DNA from: an uncultured archaeon
Lineage (GTDB): Archaea > Iainarchaeota > Iainarchaeia > Iainarchaeales > CSSED10-239
Reading direction: 5' to 3'
Assembly (NCBI GenBank): GCA_964591795.1
Contig: CAZQEL010000021.1
Coordinates: forward strand, 1 to 14,978
Length of the DNA stretch: 14,978 nt
The stretch's first letter is position 1, and each line of letters starts with the position of its first letter. Shown here piece by piece: positions 14,244-14,978 of this stretch. The position numbers and the translations under genes are program-made. The notes below the pieces were generated by a model. The model ran no database searches. It was not told the origin of the DNA and saw only the letters and a program-made list of their open reading frames with translations.

Positions 14244-14945
14244 CTATTTGTAAGCTTTATAAATTTCATAAGTACTAACTAATATTGAACTTAACCATAA
14301 ATAAACAAAAAGCACTATAAACAACCCTATAAAATAATTTGATAAAATTGGAAATATTAAAGACAATAAACTTAATATAAGACTAAACACTATAATTAGA
14401 ATTAATAAATATCCAATCAAAAAGATTTGAGTTATCCAAAAATTTTTTGTAAATATAATTTTTAAATTTTTTTTAAATTCAAAAAAGTCTTCAAATTTGT
14501 TTGATTTTAAATATTTAATAAAACCTAAATTTTTAATGTATTCTAAAATTAAAAAACCAATTATCATTATTAAAATAGTTATTAATAATAAAAAAATACC
14601 AAAATTCAAAACAAAAATATTTTCAGTATTAATTAATGCTTTTAAAAAATAAACAGGGACTAAAAAGATCAATAAAAAAACACCTTGAATAAATAAAAAT
14701 ATAAATGAACCAATTAAATAAATTAAACCTAACTGAAGTATCTTAACAATTGTTTTCTTATCATAATGCTTTAATGAAGTTAATAATTGTAAACCAATAA
14801 AACCAGCAGTAAAAAATATAGCTAAAATTAATGATGGTAAAATAAATACATCTCCAATTAAAGTTAATAATCCAATTAAAATTATTATTAATAAAAATTT
14901 AAAATTTATATAAGGTATTTTAATTATATTTCTAAAGTCTATCAT
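14244..14945 (-). CDS. hypothetical polytopic membrane protein
   Basis: 233-codon ORF with about 6 long hydrophobic segments. GTGAATAATT-ATG SD-like element. No recognisable catalytic motif. Confidence 0.6.
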   Translation of the reverse strand: MIDFRNIIKIPYINFKFLLIIILIGLLTLIGDVFILPSLILAIFFTAGFIGLQLLTSLKHYDKKTIVKILQLGLIYLIGSFIFLFIQGVFLLIFLVPVYFLKALINTENIFVLNFGIFLLLITILIMIIGFLILEYIKNLGFIKYLKSNKFEDFFEFKKNLKIIFTKNFWITQIFLIGYLLILIIVFSLILSLLSLIFPILSNYFIGLFIVLFVYLWLSSILVSTYEIYKAYK

Positions 14946-14978
14946 AATTATTCACATTTATTTATATTATATATAAAG

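Overview
Extremely A+T-rich, gene-dense prokaryotic window. From 2427 to the end, every gene is on the minus strand. Two stable-RNA genes show up as G+C-richer islands. One is a tRNA-Tyr(GUA) with archaeal hallmarks: C1-G72, a short variable loop and a 44-nt intron at 37/38. The other is an RNase P RNA of about 285 nt, which is not on the ORF track. Together with TATA-like boxes about 25 nt upstream of several starts and a recurrent GGTGAT-type Shine-Dalgarno, this points to a small-genome, DPANN-like archaeon (inference). Recognisable proteins: a DHH/DHHA1 phosphoesterase (partial) coupled to a SPOUT methyltransferase; an ArsR-glutaredoxin pair with overlapping stop and start; a CPBP intramembrane protease; a membrane-anchored thioredoxin-fold protein with a monothiol CPYG site; an alpha/beta hydrolase; thymidine kinase; and several unknown membrane or hypothetical proteins. 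Main points of interest: (1) The three glmS-like ORF fragments on the track are one glmS gene. It is broken by a +1 frameshift and two in-frame TAA codons, each at a T/poly-A junction. A 53-codon methyltransferase stub lies next to it. (2) A second gene, directly downstream of RNase P RNA, has its SD+ATG separated from a 266-codon ORF by one extra A in an A7 run. All four lesions are therefore of the 'one A too many' type. This could be assembly error, real decay, or slippage-dependent expression, and the sequence alone cannot decide. (3) A 797-aa protein is built almost entirely of about 60-70 strictly phased 10-residue repeats (x-G-[FY]-[ST]-x-x-[ED]-L-[KR]-x), split by a lysine-rich 11-aa tandem-repeat linker. 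I cannot place it in a named repeat family. (4) A tdk operon carrying two tandem paralogues of unknown function is bracketed by the RNase P RNA and tRNA-Tyr genes. No CRISPR array, integrase, transposase or recognisable defence system was seen.
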